NCBI RefSeq assembly: GCF_009914755.1 | Contig: NC_060932.1 | Source: the human T2T-CHM13v2.0 reference genome, Homo sapiens | DNA: 64,000 bases | Strand: one strand, 5' to 3' | Part shown: positions 38,936-53,250 of the stretch, one piece after another | Numbering within the stretch: the stretch's first letter is position 1 | Layout of the letters: every line of letters begins with the position of its first letter | Made by a program: the position numbers and the translations under genes | The notes under the pieces: generated by a model | Database searches by the model: none | Told to the model about the DNA's origin: nothing | Seen by the model: only the letters and a program-made list of their open reading frames with translations

Positions 38936-39568
38936 CAGGAAGTGGCAAACTTTTTAAGTTTTATTATTAAAAACATTAGGGAATAATGGAATAATTAACA
39001 GGAAGGGAACACTTTCATTTCAAGGATTGAAGTTGTTACCTGAGGTGGCTCTTTTTGTATTCAGTGATACACCATTAGATTCTGCATCATTTTCATGCAA
39101 CTTTATCTGTCTCTTCATTGTTGTCAGAATAAATTAAGAGAAAAAGTGAAATTTAGGAGGAAAGAAGCCTGCTATCTCTGGTAATAGATAGTCTGTGTGG
39201 TTCTTCTGGCCTCAGAATTGTGGTTCATGAATCTTGCATGAATTTTGGGATACAGGGCCAGATAGTAAATATTTTAGGCCTTGCTAGCTGTATGGTCTCT
39301 GTTTCTATTATTCAGTTCTGCCACTGTAGCTTGAATGCAACCATAGTCATTAGGTAAATGAATGTGTGTGACTGTGTTTTAACAAAACTTTATTTGTGAA
39401 CACTAAAATTTGAATTTCATATAATTTTCCTGTGTCACAAAATAAATTCTTTGTTTGATTGTTAAAAATTATTTAAAAATGAAAAAATTGTATTTAATTC
39501 ATGTGGCCATACCAAAAAAAAGGAGGCAGGTTGGATTTGACCTATGAGCTCTAGTTAGCTAACATCTA
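38936..39568 (-). mobile_element. MER58B-like hAT MITE interrupted by a ~295-bp insert
   Basis: Terminus caggaagtggcaaacttttt at 38936 resumes as tacagggccagatagtaaatattttaggc at 39251; 8-bp TSD-like aagtaggg / aggtagga. Confidence 0.78.
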
Positions 39569-39869
39569 AGGTAGGATTTATCCCTCACTTTAAAGGGAAT
39601 TAAGAACAAAAGTGTTTCTTCTGCCCTTTGATTATTAAGAATATTATTATGAACAAGAAAGAGATGTCTAAAATTACAATTAATGAACAATGTTCTAGAA
39701 GATTAAGTCAATTTAATGAGAGAAGAAAAGAAAGCAGATATAAATAATGGAAAAGGCAACTTATTAAGACGTGTATCCTGTGTACTATAATAATTTGTTA
39801 CCTGGAAAACAAACGTTGTATTTTTTAAAAAATCTTTTTTCCTAACTTTGAATTCTAAAAAAACGAAGA

Positions 39870-41135
39870 AACAATGATCAGGGCAGTTGCAATGAATATT
39901 CCATTAGATTGTGTCCTTCAAACACCATCTCCTACTAAAAAGGACCAAGACTTCCTGGAGAAATGGCTGATTCCAGGTCTGGCCAGGAAACATACAAGAA
40001 CAGACTTATTGCTACTGGTCAGGTGGCCACAAGAGACTGCAGTATCGTGTCAAAAGAGCTAAGGAACTAACTTAAATGAACAACCATTGGCCAATGATGA
40101 GACAATGTGAGACTCGATAAGCATTCACAAAGGATTAAAAATCGCTGCAAGGATTAATAATGAGTTTCAATTAGTAAAATCTCGATGCTGGGGGAAAATA
40201 AACCTTTATTTATTACCTTTGAAGGAAACTAATAACTGCCTTATTATTTTGAAAACTGATAAGTAAAGAACCAGGCGTTTATCCCACCTTTCTTGTAAAA
40301 TCTACACCTCAGTTAATCAAATGGTTGATGAGCAGAAGTTGCTCCATCTATGTGTTTTCAAACTAATAAATGAAAGTGGAATGATAGAATATCGCCACTT
40401 TGCAACCCTAAAAATAAAACAAATTAATAAATTTAGGCAATTACTATAATTAGCAATATTTTGAAAAAAACAATAAAACATTTTTTACCTCCTGATGGAA
40501 GTATATACCATCTAAGCATTAGTTTTACCACAAACAAACAGACAAAGTGATACATCCTTCTAAGTCTAATAGCCAACTTGCAGGAACCATAAGGAGGAGA
40601 ATATATTAAATGACACCACTGTGATGAAGTCAGCAAAATTCAGGCTACGGAAAATTGTTTATTCAAAGGAAAATTAAATAGAAATTCCAAGAAAAAGAAA
40701 GCGTAAGGGAGAACTTGTACAGGAAATAAACTTAGACTTATAAACCATTCATACTATATGGACCTGATTTGGATCTCAATTCAAATAAAAAAGTTCTAAA
40801 AGTGTCCTAAGAAAATTGAAGATATATGATAATATAAAATTATTGTCAGCTTTTGTTTAGATATAATAGTATTATTGTTATACATTTCAAAAAAAGAGTA
40901 ATGTTTAGAAGTAAATAGTAAAATATTTACAGATGAAATGACATGCTCTCTAGAATTTGCTTCCAAAGAACCTGAGTGGAGTGAGAAATCTGAATAAAAT
41001 AAAACTGCCTACGAATTAGTTTACAATTATTAAAATTGGGTTATAGGTACATCAGCTTCATTACATGATTGTCTCTACTTTTGTATGCATTTGATAATAT
41101 CCATAATAAATACTTAAAATATTAAAAAAGAATAA
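39870..41135 (+). mobile_element. L1MC-like 3' UTR
   Basis: gagaaatggctgattccaggtctgg...; atatttacagatgaaatgacatg...tgtctctacttttgtatgcatttga...ccataataaa. Confidence 0.75.
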
Positions 41136-41783
41136 AAGCACATAACTAAAAAATAACTCACTGATTACCTACAACATTTCGCTACCTTCATCTGCATTTC
41201 CAAGTTTTTTTAAATAGCTTTCATAAATAAGTTTGCTTTTTAATTCATCCTGCTTGAAAGCCAAATGCATTCAGGGCTGTGAAGGACACAAAGAGGTGGG
41301 ATTTTGTTCCCAGCCTCCTGGATTCATTATGAATGAACAAAGACTGGTAGAAATCCTATGGTAATTCACAGCCTACAGTACCGTGAAGACAAGGAGGAAA
41401 GATTCGAGGACAAATGTATCCTACACGTGGCCGCAGAGAACAGACACCATGGGGACATATGAGACAGTGGAGTGGAGGGTATTTTAAATGAAGGGGAATG
41501 ATGCTAAAGGAGGGTCAGTGTAAAAGTGGATAGAGAGATGATTAATTTCGAAAGGGGGGTACAAGATGAAGGGACACCCCTGAAATCGGGCACAGGCACA
41601 TAGATTTGATACCATGATTATCAGGCAGCCTCTGTAATGTGTGACCACAGGAAGCTTTTGCATATGGCTTTGTTTTAAAGGCAGATATGTTCAGGACATA
41701 TTGGAGAGGTTTATTCCCTCACTGCGCAAATTTTTATAGAGATGAGACTGGAATTGAGAGTGAAATGAAGGGAGTCGTATTAG

Positions 41784-42585
41784 AGCATGAGTTCTCTCAG
41801 CGTTCTCCTCCAAAGGGTCTGCAAGGTGAACAATATGTTCACAACGATACTAAGGCAGTATTTGCCTTTGCCACTATCATTCTGTTGTGAGAGTGGAGTG
41901 AAATGTTTCAGAGATGAAATGATGTGTGTTATTGTAACAGATTAAATGAAGAGCAGATATGAGGATTTAGCTATCATTTATAGCCTGACATCAAAGACAC
42001 TTGCAAAAATGTAGAACAATATTACCCCCTCACTGTTTTAAATTTGGAAAATCCAGTTTGTTTTAACAAAAGTATGTTATTTATGTTAATATGTAATGGG
42101 TTTATTATTTTTATTTTATTTTATTTTATTTATATTTAAAACAGCGTCTCGCTCTGTCGCCCAGGCTGGAATGCAGTGGTGCGATCACAGTTCACGGTAG
42201 CCTTCAACTCCTGGGCTTAAGCAATCCCCCTGACTTAGCCTCCTGAATAGCTGGGACTATAGGCATGAGCCACCATGCCTGGCTAATTTTTTGATTTTTT
42301 TTGTGAAGATGGGGTCTCATTATGTTGCCTAGGCTGGGCACAAACTCCTGAACTCAAGTGATCCTCCAGCGTTGGCGTCCCAAAGTGCTGAGATTACAGG
42401 TGTGAGCCATCATGCCTGACCTATTATTGTTATTTTAAAGAAATTAATATATTTTTTAAATTTCTCAGTTTTAATTTTGAATATTGTAAATATCAACAGA
42501 GTCTACATACACAAAAACTCTTTAATGTCCTATATAATTTTAAGAGTGTAGAGGGGTCTTAAGACCAACAGGTCTGGGAATTCCT
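41784..42585. mobile_element. hAT-Charlie (MER119-like) element interrupted by an Alu
   Basis: acagattaaatgaagagcagatatgaggatttagct...ttgcaaaaatgtagaacaat...ttatttatgttaatatgtaatgggtttatt. Confidence 0.6.
42103..42421 (-). mobile_element. AluJ-like element
   Basis: Antisense Alu with (TTTTA)n tail; ctcctgggcttaagcaatcc is J-type. Confidence 0.95.
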
Positions 42586-42808
42586 ACATTTGAGTGTTTA
42601 TTGAGGCTATGGAGAAGGGGGATTCAAGAGGAATTGCAAAGGAAAAGTGATCATGACATGGTGTTTACATCAGTACATAATTGTTAAGTGCTCATAAAGT
42701 CCAAGGTCTTAAACATGAAGTAGAAGGACACAAGGTGTCTTCAGGTGGTCAAGGTGGAGGTCTGTTTGATTCAGATACAAATTCTCATCTGCATCGACAG
42801 TAAGTTAG

Positions 42809-43100
<292 letters not shown>

Positions 43101-44089
43101 TAGTCTTGAATAACTTCTAGTGATGTTCCAAGTGATTTGCTCTTTCAGAGAATTAGATGGGCGAGATTCTAAATCTCACTCAGAAAAGCATGGCTTTTTT
43201 AACCCATAAAGAAAAAATGCTTTCTCAAAAGGACTCAATATGTTAAGCAGATCCGAATATACTTATCCCTTTGCTTACACAAGTCATAAACTGTGTCAGC
43301 TCTCACCTACCTCCTGCTTATTCTCATTTACTTTTGTTCAAAGGACATTTTTTTATTCCTAAATTATTTCCCCAGACAGAGATGATAATTCAGTATCTTG
43401 ATGTTCATTTAATGCATGTGCATGGGAAGCCAAGTCATTTGACTATCAGGAGTCTAGTGAAAAATAGAACTAGAATGGTATCTGCCTGTGAAAAAGACAC
43501 AAAGTTTAGAGAATATACTAAAGTTTACAAAAAGAGGATTTTGGGGGTTATGTAGGTTACCATTATTAAATACCCAAATAAGATTATTTCTATAAGAAAC
43601 ACTTTAAAACACCACTCACCTACCACCATCCCCATGACAAAATTAAACACTCTCCTTGTGCTCCCACGAGTACTACCATTTTCCTCTATAGTATTACCAA
43701 CATCTCTGATGTATGACAGTTTGTTACATTTCTTTCTTTTTTCTCTCTCTGCCCAGGGATATCTTGCAGAGCAGGTATTTTGCTTTATTCCCATTTGATT
43801 TCCAACAATCCCTTACATGGTACATTCTATCTAGCAAGTTTCAATAATGGATGTTGAATTTAATGAACTAAAAAAGCCCCGGATGTTGTCAAGATTGCAT
43901 TTGTTTATTTAATGTATATAGTTGTTCAAAAGTTCATTAATGGGGTCCAGTTATGACACAGTAATGGGTATGATATACTCTTCTGCTGTAAAAAAAAAGA
44001 TGTAATTGATTACAATATATGAAGTCCTTGTTTTTAAGCATTTAGGATTTTGATCCTCTGGAGAAGTAAACACATGAGATGAGCTCAAT

Positions 44090-45319
<1,230 letters not shown>

Positions 45320-45320
<1 letters not shown>

Positions 45321-48215
45321 CCTAGAAGAAATGGACATATTCCCAGACACATACAACCTACCAAGACTGAATCAATAAGCAATCAAAAATCTGAATAGAC
45401 CAATAACAAGTAATAATATCAAAGCCATAATAAAAAGTTTCCTAGCAAAGAAAATCCTGGAACCCAATCAATGGTTTTATTGCTGAATTCTACCAAATAT
45501 TCAAAGAAGAACTAATACGAATCCTACTCAAACTATTTCAAAAAATAGAAGAAGAGGGAATGCTTCCAAATACTCATTGTATGGGGCCAGTATTACCTTG
45601 CTACCAAAACACATGAAAAATCATCAAAAAGAGACATAAAAAACCCCAAAACAAAATTACAGGATAATATCTCTGATGACCATTGATGCAAAAACCCTCA
45701 GCAAAACACTTGTAGTCCAAATTCAACAACATATTAAAAAGATTATTCATCATGACCAACTGAGATTCATTCTAGGGATGCAAGGATGGTTCAACATATT
45801 CATATCAATCAGTGTGATACAGCATATCAATAGAATGAAGGACAAAAACTGTATGATTATTTCAATTGTTGCTGAAAAAGCATTTGATAAAATTCAACAT
45901 CGCTTCATGATAAAAAGCCTCAAAAAATTGGGTATAGAAAGAACATATTCCAACACAATAAAAGCCATATATGACAGACCCACAGCTAGTATTAAACTGA
46001 ATTGGAAAAAGTGAAAGCCTTTCCTCTAAGTTCTAGAACAAGACAAGCATGTTCACTTTCACTGCCGTTATTTAACATGGTACTGGGAGTCCTAACTAGA
46101 TCAATCAGACAAGAGAAAGAAAGTAAAGGCATCCAAATTGGAAAGGAAGAAGTCAAATTATCCTTGTTTGCAGATGATATAATCTTATGTTTGAAAAAAA
46201 TCTAAAGACCACACTGAAAAGCTATTAGTACTGATTTAAAAATTCAGTAAAATTGCAGGATACAAAAATCAGCAGCATTTCTATATGCCAACAGCAAACA
46301 GTTTGAAAAAGATATTTAAAAAGTAATTCTATTTACAATAGCTACAAATAAAATAAAATACCTAGGAATAAACTTAACCAAAGAAGTGAAAGATTTCTAC
46401 AATGAAAACTGTAGAATACTGACGAAAGAAATTGAAGAAGACACACAAAAAGTGGAGATATTCTATGTTCATGGATTGGAAGAATCAATACTATTAAAAT
46501 GTTCATACAACACAAAGCAATCTACAGATTCAGTGCAATCCCTATCGAAATACCAATGAAATAAAATAAATAAAATTTATATGGAACCACAAAAAACCAG
46601 AATAGCCAAAGGTATCCAGAGCAAAAAGATCAAAACTGGAGGAATCACACTACCTGACTTCAAATTATACTACAGAGCTATGGTAACCATAACAACATGG
46701 TACCGGCATAAAAACAGACATACAGACAAACAAAACTGAATGAAGAACCCAGAAATAAATTCATACATCTACAGTGAACTCATTTTTGACAAAGGTGCCA
46801 CGAATATACACTGGGGAACGAACACTCTCGTCAGTGAATGGTGCTGGGGAAACCAGATATCCATATGCAGAAGAATTAAACCAGACCCTTATCTCTTGCA
46901 ATATACAAAAATCAAATGAAAGTTGATTAAAGACTATGAAACTACTAAAACAAAACATCAGAGAAACTCTCCAGGACGTTGGGCTGGCATACATTTATTG
47001 AGTAATATCCCAAAGCACAGGCAACCAAAGCAAAAAAAACGGACAAATGGGATCACATCAAGTTAACAAGCTTTTGCACAGCAAAGGAAACAATCTACAA
47101 AGTGAAGACACAATCCACAGAATGTGAGAAAATCTTTGCAAACTATCCATCTAAAAAGAAACTAATAACCGAAATTTATAAGGAGCTCAAACAACTCAAT
47201 AAGAAAACATACAATAATCTGATTAAAAATGGGTGAAAGATATGAATAGACATTTCTCAGAAGAAGACATACAAATGGCAAACAGGCATATGAAAATGTG
47301 CTTAACATTATTTATCATCAGAGAAATGCAAATCAAAACTACAATGAGTTATCTCACCCCAGTAAAAATGGCTTTTATTCAAAAGACAGGCAATGACAAA
47401 TGCTGGTGAGGATGTGGAGAAAAGAGAACTCTCATACACCGTTGGTGGGAGTGTGAATTACTACAGCCACTATGGAGAACAGAATGGGGGCTCCTCAAAA
47501 AGCTAAAAATAGAGCTACCATATGATCCAGCGATCCTACTGCTAGGTATATACCTAAAATAAAGGAAATCAATATATTGAGGAGACATCTGCATTCCCAT
47601 GTTTTTGGCAACACTATTCACAATAGCCAAGATTTGAAAGCAATCTAAGTATCCATCAACAGCTCAATGAATAATACAAATGTGGTACATATACACAATG
47701 GAATACTATTCAGCCATAAGAAAGAATGAGGTTCTGTCGTTTGCAACAACATGGATGGAACTGGAGGACATTTTGTTAAGTGAAATAAGCCAGGCAAGGA
47801 AAGACAAACTTCTCATGTTGTCATCTATTTTGGGGAGCTCAAAATTAAAACAATCTGACTCATGGAGACAGAGAGTAGAATGATGGTTAGCAGTGACTGG
47901 GAAGCGTAGTGGGAGGGTGAAGATGGGAAATGGGGATGGTTAATCTAAAAATATAGTTAGATATGAAGAATGATATCTAGTATTTGATAGCATAACAGAG
48001 TGACTACAGTCAGCAATAATTTGTTTTATATTGTAGAATAACTGAGGGAGTACAATTGGAATGTTTGTAAAACAAGAAATGATGAATGCTAGAGGTGATG
48101 AAAACCTCATTTATTCTGATACGATTATTACACAGTATATGACTGTATCAAAATATGTCATGTACTCCATAAATGTATCCTACTATGTATCCATAAAAAT
48201 TAAAAATGAAAAAAG
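45320..48215 (+). mobile_element. L1MA1-3-like element: ORF2 RT domain to 3' end, nested in an older L1
   Basis: RT peptides [12 protein letters not shown]...[10 protein letters not shown] and SLFADDII (track ORFs 45676, 46002) with many stops and frameshifts; the 3' UTR ends tactatgtatccataaaaattaaaaat. Confidence 0.95.
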
Positions 48216-49410
48216 ATGACTCTTGAACTATACTTATACTGTGCACAAAAATTAATTTGTATGGAGTCTGAACATAAACATAAAAGCTAAACCTATAAAG
48301 CTTTAAGAAGAAAACATCGAAAAATACCTTTGTGATCCTAGAGTAGTGAAATATTTCCTGGATAAGACTTGGAAAGTGATAAATGTAAAAGTAGATAAAT
48401 AAGCTTGATCAAAATGCAAACTTCTGCTCATCAAAAGATGGCATTAACAAAATAGACAAAACACAGCCTACGAGACAATACAGACAATATAAATTTCTAA
48501 CAAAGTACTTGTATCCAGAATATATGCAGAAATGCTACAACTCAATAATTTTAAAAGTCCAGTTAAAAACAGATGAAAGACTAGAATAGACACTTGACAT
48601 AGGAAGATATACAAATAGCTGATGAGCACAGGAAAAGATGCTCAGCATCGCCAGTCATCAGGGACATGCAAATGAAAAGCGTAATGAGATACTACCACAT
48701 ACCTACTACAATCACTCTGCAAAAGAATATTTTGGAAGTTTCCTTTTTTTTTTTTTTTTTTTTTTTGAGATGATTTCACTCTGTTGCTTAGGCTGGAGTG
48801 CAGTGGCAAGATCATAGCTCACTGCAACCTTGAATTCCTGGGCTCAAGAGATCCTTCCACCACAGCATCCCAAGTAGCTGAGGCCGCAGGTGTGTGCCAC
48901 CACACTTGGTTAATTTTTAAATTTTTTTTAGAGTCGGGGTCTTGCTATGTTGTCCAGGCTGGTCTCAAACTCAAGGGTCAAGTGATCCTCCTGCCTTGGC
49001 CCCCCAAAGTGGTGGGGTTATGGGAATAAGCCATGAATTTCTTGAGAAGTTAAATGTGTATCTGTCTTAGGACCCATTACTCTCCTTAATGCTTACCCAG
49101 GAGACATGAAAACACATCCACATGCAGGCTTGTCTATGAGTGTTCAAAGAGGCTTTATTTGGAATAGCCCCAAAGTGGAAACAGTCCAAATTTCATCGAT
49201 ATGTGAAAGTATAAAAAATTATACCTATTACTCTAGAATAAAAAAGAATAGACTATTGATACATGTGACATGCATCTCAAAATCATTATCATGAATGAAA
49301 GAAAAGAGGCCAAGAAGATTCATACTGCATGATTTTCTTCATTGTAGGAGTCTAGAAATTGCAAGATAATCTACAGTGATGGTAAACAGATCAGTATTTG
49401 CCTGGGGACA
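48216..49410 (+). mobile_element. Older L1M ORF2 3' part and 3' UTR, resuming after the nested L1
   Basis: gaagaaaacatcg...atccagaatatat...aaaagatgctcagcatc...ccaaagtggaaaca. Confidence 0.8.
48744..49034 (-). mobile_element. AluJ-like element
   Basis: T23 tail followed by a diverged antisense Alu body. Confidence 0.93.
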
Positions 49411-49787
49411 GAATCCGTAACTCCATGGATTCCATGGGTGTCAGAGTTGTGCTCTGACTTATCTGACATATATCACTATTTGATGGACAAATGATCATAT
49501 AAAGTGAAAAATCAACCTCTAAACTAAGAGTTTGGGATCTAACTCCAGAATAATACCAGTAACCTCTGTGTGTCTCATTGGAAGAACATATGATGCTTCG
49601 AGGATGGTTATGTCAGAGAGCAAATGAGATGGTGTGTGAAAAATAATAGTAATTATAAGATCTGATATAAATTTAATTTATTCTTATTGTTTGTTATTAA
49701 TAGCTAGAGATAAGCCTGAAATTATAATTTCATAGCTCATCAGTGAGGGCAATGAAGGATTTGCATCAAAATAAGCTTCGGAGTCAG

Positions 49788-49856
49788 TCTCTCTCTCTCA
49801 CATGCATACACACATACACACATGCTCGTATGCATGCACACACACAAACATACACC
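49788..49856. repeat. Degenerate (CT)n/(CA)n microsatellite
   Basis: tctctctctctcacatgcatacacacatacacacatgc...cacacacaaacatacac. Confidence 0.75.
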
Positions 49857-50284
49857 ACTCAGGTTTCATAGACATTATTTCTGGAGATAAAGAGTATGGC
49901 TCTGAATTTTGTTTCTAATGCTGTTGGTTGTTTGCATGCTAATTCTAGACTAGGAATCAAATCCTAAAACGTCAGTTATATTGTGTCCCACTGTGACGAC
50001 CAAGAATGGGGCTCTCACCTCTGCCTACCTGGCTCTTCACGTGAAGTCGCCTTCCTCATTTGTCCACTCTCAATTTACACCTATTGCCTCAGTATGGTTA
50101 TTAATTGTGCTTTCTTACATTTTGAGTGTTATGAGCTAGACAGTAAGTTAACATTGAATTAATATTTCTGGTTTGGATCTACAAGGTGGGAATTATTCCC
50201 ACTTTAAAGATGAAGCAAATCACTTGTCTACTACGCTACAACATTGTCTTAGAGAAGGGAGACCAAGACTCTGGGTAATACAAG

Positions 50285-50506
50285 ACTGAATACTTACTGC
50301 GTGTCCACTCTATGCCCAGTACTTTCGAAACGCTTTCCATATATTAGCTCATTTAATTTTCCAAAAATGCTAGGAGGATACCAAGACATTAGTGTTATTA
50401 CAGATTATGAAACAGGCATGAGAGGCTAAGTAACTTGCCCAAGGCCATGGAACAAGTGAGAGATGGAACTGGATTTGAACTCTGGTACCCCAGCTCCAGA
50501 GCTGGT
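50285..50506. mobile_element. MIR SINE abutting the left arm of the inverted repeat
   Basis: gagaggctaagtaacttgcccaaggcca...ggatttgaactc...ctccagagc. Confidence 0.85.
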
Positions 50507-51955
50507 GGGTAATAATTACTTGCTATGAAAAGTATTACAAGGCTTTCTTTTTTGTGTTGCTTCTACCTGGTACAAGAATCTTGATGAGCCAAGAGTTACT
50601 GGAACTTCAGTAAGCTCATTACTTGAACACATTTATTTTTAACCATTTTCCCCCCCACATAGATTTGGCATTATTAACAGAGCCAAAGCCAAGTGACGTT
50701 GGCCCTTGATAAAGACACAGCTTATCAGAGCCTGTGCCCCCTTCCCCCTAGGCATCTTCTATCACTGTTGCAGGTGCAGGCCCCCTCCACACCCACTCTG
50801 GAAAGCTGAGGGTTGTGGCTGGTTCTCCTTTTCTAGGACATTCCCTGAGGCCACTTGTGGCAGCCGCCAATGTGCTTGCTCTTCCTATTTTATCCTTCCA
50901 GGCATGTGGCAGCTTTACCTAATGACCGAACTCCCGAATGTTCCCATTCTGTCCTGCCTCTCTTTTCCCCTTACTCCAAGAATGACCCATTATGGGTTAT
51001 TAGCACTGCCCTGTTTTTAACTGGGTTGCAATTCATGCAGCCTCCTAACTGCAAAATCACTTCCCTACAGCCTTCCTTCAGACAAGGTGGAACTGGCCCC
51101 AGAAGCTGGGTGTTTACACCAAAGATTTTTTTTTTTTTTTCGAAAGCTGCCTTCTGTTTTGCTCTTCCCTTACTGTATAACAGATAGCAGGGTGCAAAAA
51201 GCCCTTTATCCTGTTAATAGTGGCCTTAGGTAAGGAAAAAAAAAGAGCATGATTCAAGTTTTCTGTGGCCTCTGGCTCAGTTGAAATGGAATGTAAGTGC
51301 AATGCCAGAGCCTGGTAAAAATAGAAACTCCAGTGTCCAGACTCCTCTCCAGATGGTGTGGGAATCCAGATAGCAACTCATCACTAAGGAGGGCCACCAT
51401 TAATTAGTGGGAAGATGTCATGCCTCACACTGGGGAGTAAATGAAATGGCCTATAGCTTAGAATGGAACCTCTCTAATCGCCAGAGAGTCCGAGGTTTCT
51501 CCCTAAGTCTCTTTACTCTGGCTTAACCGAGAGTTCGGTCATTACATAAAGCTGCCACATGCCTGGAAGGAGGAAATAGGAAGAGCACGTGCAGTGGCTG
51601 CTGCTAGAAGTGGCCTCATGGAACATCCTAGAAAAGGAGAACCAGCCACACCCTCAGCTTCCCAGAGTGGGTGGGGAGGGGGCTGGCATCTGTGATAATG
51701 AGAGAAGATGCCTAGAGGGAGCTGGACCCAAACTCTGATAAGCTGGGTCTTTACCAAGGGCCAAAGTGGCTTGGCTTTGGCTCTGTTAATAATGTCAAAC
51801 TTATGTCGGGGGTAAAGTGCTATAAAAATAAACATGTTCACTGAACGAGCTTACTAAAATTCCAGTAACTCTTGGCTTATCAAGTTTCTTGTATCAAGTA
51901 GAAACGACACAAAAAGAAGCCTTGTAATACTTTTCACAGCAAGTAACTATTACCC
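50507..51955. repeat. Inverted duplication: arms 50507-50936 and 51528-51955 with a 591-bp spacer
   Basis: Manual alignment of the left arm to the reverse complement of the right arm is colinear over ~430 nt with ~65 differences (~85% identity). Track ORFs 50706..51020(+) and 51542..51841(-) give similar translations for this reason. Confidence 0.97.
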
Positions 51956-52814
51956 TTCATAAGAATCACAAATCTAACCCCTTTCCATTAAGCATAGCCT
52001 CCTAAAAGGAATTAGCTTTGGGCCCTGGGCAAGCCACTGAGCTCTGCTAGTCTCCCCTTCTTTATCAATGTCATGAGGGTGATCATACTGATTTTCAGAT
52101 TTTCACAGGGCTGCTTCTTTTGATAATTAAATAATAAGAAGGTACAAGAATCAAGAAGGGTGACAAGCACATGGGTGGCTAAAAATATTAACTGAAGAAA
52201 TCAAAGCAATACAAATGTTTGGCACCACTAAGTTAGAAAGAGTGTATGAGAACTGGAGGGAACCCCTCTGCTGGTCAATTTTTATTATTTGGAGTAAATG
52301 TCATCTCTCAGAGAAGCTGTTCTCAAAGATCATGTTGCATTGTTAATTTTGGTATCTGTCTCTCTTAATAGACAGTGAACCTTCAAAGTGGGGAGGACCA
52401 TATAGCATGTTCAGGTCTCATTATAGCATGTAGTGCATAAAGGTGCTTGGATGTTTATTGAATAAAAGAATGAGTGAAGATTTGGAATAATGGAAAACAT
52501 TGGGAAGGGTGTTTCTTTTGGTGGGAATGTAGCATGATGCAAACTAGGAAGTTACTTAGAATGTCCAGGAAAAGACAGGAGAGGGCAGCGTGGGTGGAAA
52601 ACAGGAATTGAGGAGTACTGAGCAAGAGACACACCAAAGAGGCCAGGACCCATCCACCTTATCTCCTCACCTATAAATTCTGCTCCCCTCCTCCTTTGCA
52701 AGGTCCAAGCCTCACAATGTGGCTCCCTCTCTACACCATCACCTCCTGCTCCTCTTTGGAAAAGGAACCACAGTTCCCAAGCTCTTTATACTAGACACAG
52801 GGCAATGCATTCTG

Positions 52815-53250
52815 CACTTATTTTTTCTAAGTTCATACTTTGAATAAGTAATACATTTACGTGGCTCAAAAATGAGAACACTGTAACAAATTATACTCTA
52901 AGGTGTTATACCCTTGACTTTATTTCCCCTATCCCCCTTCAATCCCTAGACATAATCCTTTTAATTAGTTTCTTTTTTATTCTTCCAGTGTTTTATGCAA
53001 ATATAAGAAGTATGTCTATATATTATTTACTTATGTTTCCTACACAAAAGATTGCATACTACATATACTTCTACATATTGCTTTTTCCACTTAATACAAC
53101 CTGGTCCTCTTTTCCCTATCAATGTGTAAAGATCTTCATCCTTTTTTATAGCTGTGTAGTATTCCATTGTATGTATTTAGCATAGTTTATTCAACTAATC
53201 TTCTAGTGCTGGATTTTTTTCATTATATACACTGTGGAAATGAATAACTA
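52815..53250 (-). mobile_element. L1ME-like 3' fragment (antisense)
   Basis: taatacatttacgtggctcaaaa...ttgctttttccacttaa...tgtgtagtattccattgtatgtat. Confidence 0.7.

Noticed and set aside
45676-47883. L1 ORF2 reverse-transcriptase peptides as an active element
   Set aside because: 5'-truncated, with multiple stops and frameshifts.
50706-51841. Two ORFs with similar translations suggesting a paralogous gene pair
   Set aside because: The similarity follows from the DNA inverted repeat. The frames diverge at an indel and most differences change amino acids, so there is no sign of coding constraint.
50498-51964. The inverted repeat as a MULE/foldback transposon with long TIRs
   Set aside because: The flanks (agagctggt vs ttcataaga) show no TSD and the spacer has no transposase-like ORF. 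Not supported, although decay cannot be excluded.
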